Below are positions 31,531-35,729 of a DNA stretch of 35,729 nt, piece after piece. Within the stretch, counting starts at the first letter, position 1, and each line of letters opens with the position of its first letter. The DNA is taken from positions 1 through 35,729 of the forward strand of contig NIVC01004760.1 of the NCBI GenBank assembly GCA_002269645.1, written 5' to 3'. Source of the DNA: Macrostomum lignano (lineage: Eukaryota). Made by a program: the position numbers and the translations under genes. A model generated the notes under the pieces. The model ran no database searches. It had not been told where the DNA came from and worked only from the letters and a program-made list of their open reading frames with translations.

Positions 31531-34500
31531 TCATTGATGACCTGCGCTGCTCACACTGCCGGTTCCGCCACTGCTTTCGGCTCTGAAACAAAGAAATGCT
31601 ACGAATTTTAACTGGCTCCAGCCCAAGCACAACCTCCAAACTGGCTCCAGCCCAAGCTGCAACCCCCAAACTGGCTCCAGCCCAAGCACAACCCCCAAAC
31701 TGGCTCCAGCCCAAGCTGCAACCCCCAAACTGGCTCCAGCCCAAGCACAACCCCTAAACTGGCTCCAGCCCAAGCACAACCCCCAAACTGGCTCCAGCCC
31801 AAGCACAACCCCTAAACTGGCTCCAGCCCAAGCACAACCCCAAACTGGCTCCAGCCCAAGCTGCAACCCCCAAACTGGCTCCAGCCCAAGCACAACCCCT
31901 AAACTGGCTCCAGCCCAAGCACAACCCCCAAACTGGCTCCAGCCCAAGCACAACCCCTAAACTGGCTCCAGCCCAAGCTGCAACCCCCAAACTGGCTCCA
32001 GCCCAAGCACAACCCCCAAACTGGCTCCAGCCCAAGCACAACCCCCAAACTGGCTCCAGCCCAAGCACAACCCTCATAATGGCTCCAGTCCTAGCACAAC
32101 CCCCAAAACTGGCTCCAGCTCAAATTGGATCCAGCCCAAGCACAACCCCCTAAACTGGCTGCAGCCCAAGCCCAAGCCCTAAACTGGCTCCAGCCCAAGC
32201 ACAATTACCCCCCCCCCCAAACTGGCTCCAGCACAAGCATAACCCCCAAACTGGCTCCAGCACAAGCACAACCCGTAAACTGGCTCCAGCCCAAGCACAA
32301 CCCCAAACTGGCTCCAGCACAAGCACAACCCCCTAAACTGGCTCCAGCACAAGCACAACCCCAAACTGGCTCCAGCACAAGCCCAACCCCCAAACTGGCT
32401 CCAGCACAAGCACAACCCCCAAACTGGCTCCAGCACAAGCACAACCCCAAACTGGCTCCAGCACAAGCCCAACCCCCAAACTGGCTCCAGCACAAGCACA
32501 ACCCCCTAAACTGGCTCCAGCACAAGCACAACCCCAAACTGGCTCCAGCACAAGCCCAACCCCCAAACTGGCTCCAGCACAAGCACAACCCTCAAACTGG
32601 CTCCAGCTCAAATTGGATCCAGCCCATGCAAGTACAACTCACCGCGAGCGCGCCCTCAGGAACCGGTGCTTAGCCAGGTCCTCGGCGGCAGGCCGGAGCG
32701 CCGGGTCACGCACCAAGCAGCCGGCATAAAAGGAGTGCGCGTCGGCTGAGAATTCTTGTGGCAGAGTCGGCGGCTTCGGCTCGCCGTTGCCAATGGCGAA
32801 GATGGCTGCCATGGGCGGCATGTCGGCGAATGGAGGCCGCGTTGTCGCCATTTCCAACAGGGTGCAGCCGACGGACCAACAGTCGGACTTGGCGCCGTGG
32901 CCGGCTTCAAGGACGACCTCCGGCGCCATCCAGTATGGCGTGCCCTCTAGCGACATCTGCTGCTGGGCGCGCTTGCCAGACAGAGACATCTGCGTGGCGT
33001 GCAGCCGCTTGGCGCAGCCGAAGTCGATCAACTTGATGACCCCGGCGTCCGTCACCATGATGTTGTGGCCCTGAGTGCGGTGATTTGGTGGTGTAATAAG
33101 ATAATTTTTACTAAGGTACAACTTTGTATTTTCAAGTACAAAATTAAACTCCGCCGAAACACGCGAAGCCCCACCAACCTTGATGTCGCGGTGCACAACT
33201 CCGTTGGCGTGCAGGAAGGCCACCCGCTGACCACCTGCCGCAGGTAGCGCCGGCAGACCCGCTCGGACAGCGAGCCGTAGCGGTCCAGGAGTCCCCGGAT
33301 GCTGCCGCCCGGCACGAACTCCATGATGATGTAGAACATGTCGCCATCGCACCGCGTGCCCAGCAGCTGGACAATGTTGCGATGCCGCAGATTGCGCAGA
33401 ATCTCCACCTCTTGACGAATTCGGCGAAGTTCCGTCTCAACGGAGGAGTCCTCGCGCTCGATGCTCACCTGACAGAGTGGAGATCGGTTAGTTTGTATCA
33501 CTTTTACTAAAACACTAGACGGGCCACTCAGGCATAAATACTTAGTAAAACAGCTTTCTATTTTCAGTTCAGTAGCAAAGAAGAATACATAAGCTATTTT
33601 ATAAAAATAAAGGCAGCTGAAACGACTTCGATAAGTTTAGAAGCCAAGCTTGCAGGCGTAAACAACTTGCTAATTGGTTCAGCAGTAATGTACATTAGCC
33701 AGTCCACTGGCATGTACATGGCAGCTTTAGGCTGGAATTCCGAGAAAGGCAATAAAAATTGGGGCCAGGGGGTAGTGAGGAAAGGCGCGGTTGGAGGGTT
33801 TAAGCTGGGGGGGATAAGAGCCAATAAATGTTCTGTTTAACAATTTCTACTGAACGGAAGTAGTTTCATTTTGATTAGCGGAACTGTCTGAAATATTTTG
33901 TACGAAATAGCAAAAGGAGCAAAAATCATTGAATGTTTTTAATAATTTAGGTGCTCTAATCAACGATTGTATAAGGCTATATTTAATTTATAACTTTTTT
34001 TGTTTGTTTGCTATGAAACTGCTGTGAGTTACCAGAAAAGTAAGGATTTTAAGTTGCACTTTCTAATAAATTGTTAGAGAACGTGTGGCGTACAACGGCC
34101 CTGGCTTTCTTAATGTCATTTAGTGCACTCTGTATTGGAGCCATGGGTTCGGCTCTCACGTGGTGATGCCCCAATTTCTTCTAATCAGAATTAGGGATGA
34201 TGCAGCTCACCTGCTTGACCGCGATGATGCGCCCAGCCTCCGTGAGTCCCTGGCGCACCACGCCAAAGCTTCCCGACCCGATCTTCGGCCCCTGGCGCCA
34301 GTAAATCCCGTCGCTGTAGGCGGCATCGTCTCCGTCGCGTCCACTGGCGGTTGAGGACAGACTCGAGATGGTGTCGTTCAGCGGGTCGGAGCCACCGACG
34401 GCGCCGGCGGTTCCGTTCTCAGCGCCGGCGTGGCTGACGAACACAGAGTCTGGTGGCTGCTGCAGCGGCTCATCGCATTCGTCGGCGTCCGTCGTTCAAC

Positions 34501-35729
34501 GTCCAGCATTTCGGGAATCTCGGACAGCAGCGTCCGGTCGTCAGCAGCGGATAAGTTGGAGCCAATGGAGCTGAGCACCGGGTAGCGGCTCAGCCCGGCT
34601 GCGCCAGTCGGCGCCGCGGCCGCCAGCAGCTGGACGCCGCCGCCGCCATCGACCGCGGTGGCCGACACCAGCCAGCCGGGCCCGGCTCCACGCCGGACAG
34701 CTCCACGAGTGACGGCGCCACCGCCTCCTCGCTGGCAGCCTCGTCTGACTGAATCACCGACGGGTTTTTCGTCAGGGCGACCGACTTGGCTGCCGACGGC
34801 TTCTTGGCTCCAGAAGATTGCTGCTTCTGCTGCGGTTGTTGCTGCTTTTTTCGCTGGTTGACGGCACCACCGGCGCCGCGCTTTCGAACTGGCGCCGCGG
34901 TGAGACGCTTCGGCGCCGAGATCGGCTGCCGCTGCTGCTGCTGCTTGCCGGGCTGACTGGCTGACTTGCGACGCCGACTGGCCTTCGCCGACAGCTGCCG
35001 ACAGCTGCCGAGCTTGCCGATGGGCTCGGCTTGGCTTTGGTTGCTTTGGCTGCGGCTTTGCTGCTGGCTGATACGGCAGGAGCTGACGGTTGCGCGTCAG
35101 CGTCTTGTGCAGAAGCTGGGCGGAGGCTGGTGAGGCGGCTGGGAGGCAGCTGGGCGGAGGCTGGAGAGGCAGCTGGGGCAGAAGCTGTGGAGGCGGCTGG
35201 AGAAGTGGCCGTTGGTGCGCGGTGACGGCGTCATTCAATCCGACCGACTGCGGATCTTCAAGTATCTCAACGCTATTTGACAATTCAATCTGCGCTTCCG
35301 TCTTGCTTCTTGTTGTCATGGCGACGACTGAGGAAGCACCGCCGCCGCCGCCGGATCGCTTGACCACCGTGGCTGGCGTCGACATGCGCAGCGGCGCTTT
35401 GGCGATCGGCACACGGCGGCCCAGCACGACTGACTGGCGGGGCAGCTGGCTGGCATCAGATCTCCGGGCCGAGCTCGGCGGCGAGGTCGCCTCGGCAGCC
35501 TCGTCGATCGTCTCGGCGATCGGATTCAGCGGCCCGGCAGTCGATGCCGCCGTTGCCGCCGGAGACGTTGCCGATGCTGACAACGCTGCGGACATCAACG
35601 ACGGAGCCGAAACTGACGATGACAGGGTCAGGAGCGCGGCGTTGCGGCGGCCGAGTCCTCCATGTCCTCCAGACACGTCCGCGAGCTGTTGCGCCCCTCG
35701 GGCGCTGTCCATGCTGGACGCCGCGCTGT
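31531..35729 (-). CDS. MAP3K19: MAP3K19/YSK4-like STE11-family kinase; exons window end-34211, 33468-33179, 33070-32643, 31582-31531
   Basis: WRQGPKIGSGSFGVVRQGLTEAGRIIAVKQV, MEFVPGGSI, VVHRDIKGHNIM, IKLIDFGCAKRL, GTPYWMAPEV closely follow MAP3K19, including its LT..G..IAVKQV and DFGCA.RL signatures. Long low-complexity N-terminal exon (candidate ATG 35712). Two 1-bp frameshifts (~33224, ~34490). Confidence 0.85.
31610..32625. repeat. Minisatellite, 28-30-bp unit (aaactggctccagcccaagcacaacccc), in the last kinase intron
   Basis: About 35 units; the ccagccc variant dominates on the left and ccagcac on the right. Confidence 0.95.
33510..33870. mobile_element. hAT-type MITE copy 5 (reverse orientation, one end truncated), in kinase intron
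   Basis: Reverse complement of the MITE body, with the gggccactcaggcataaatacttagtaaaacagctttc end. Confidence 0.85.

Noticed and set aside
3222-32625. Tandem repeat arrays as CRISPR arrays
   Set aside because: Units are contiguous with no unique spacers, no cas genes are present, and the context is intron-containing eukaryotic DNA.

Overview
Eukaryotic (metazoan) genomic DNA with spliceosomal introns, GC-rich low-complexity exons and many unrelated minisatellites. The style suggests a free-living flatworm such as Macrostomum, but that is inference only. Recognisable genes, all on the minus strand: FANCL (2 exons seen), a GIPC PDZ adaptor (4 exons) and a MAP3K19/YSK4-like kinase (4 exons in the window). 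The main unexplained system is a cluster at 2-14 kb of five paralogues of an intronless ~95-aa secreted protein: signal peptide, invariant acidic segment, then a hydrophobic C-x10-C-x7-C-x13-C-x4-C-x9-C domain. Three copies are intact, one is frameshifted and one is 5'-truncated and fused to a duplicated FANCL tail. The four full-length copies share an upstream GCGTCACCTG motif. Also present: an orphan coiled-coil exon, a hand-assembled 3-exon type II membrane protein gene divergent from GIPC, three perfect heat-shock elements in an LTR-like segment, a hAT-type MITE family (including a 39-bp collapsed copy with a perfect 8-bp TSD), a CORE-type SINE, mariner, LINE and Ty3/gypsy relics, and two sharply bounded CpG-free AT islands. 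Six 1-bp deletions in otherwise intact genes look like long-read assembly errors.
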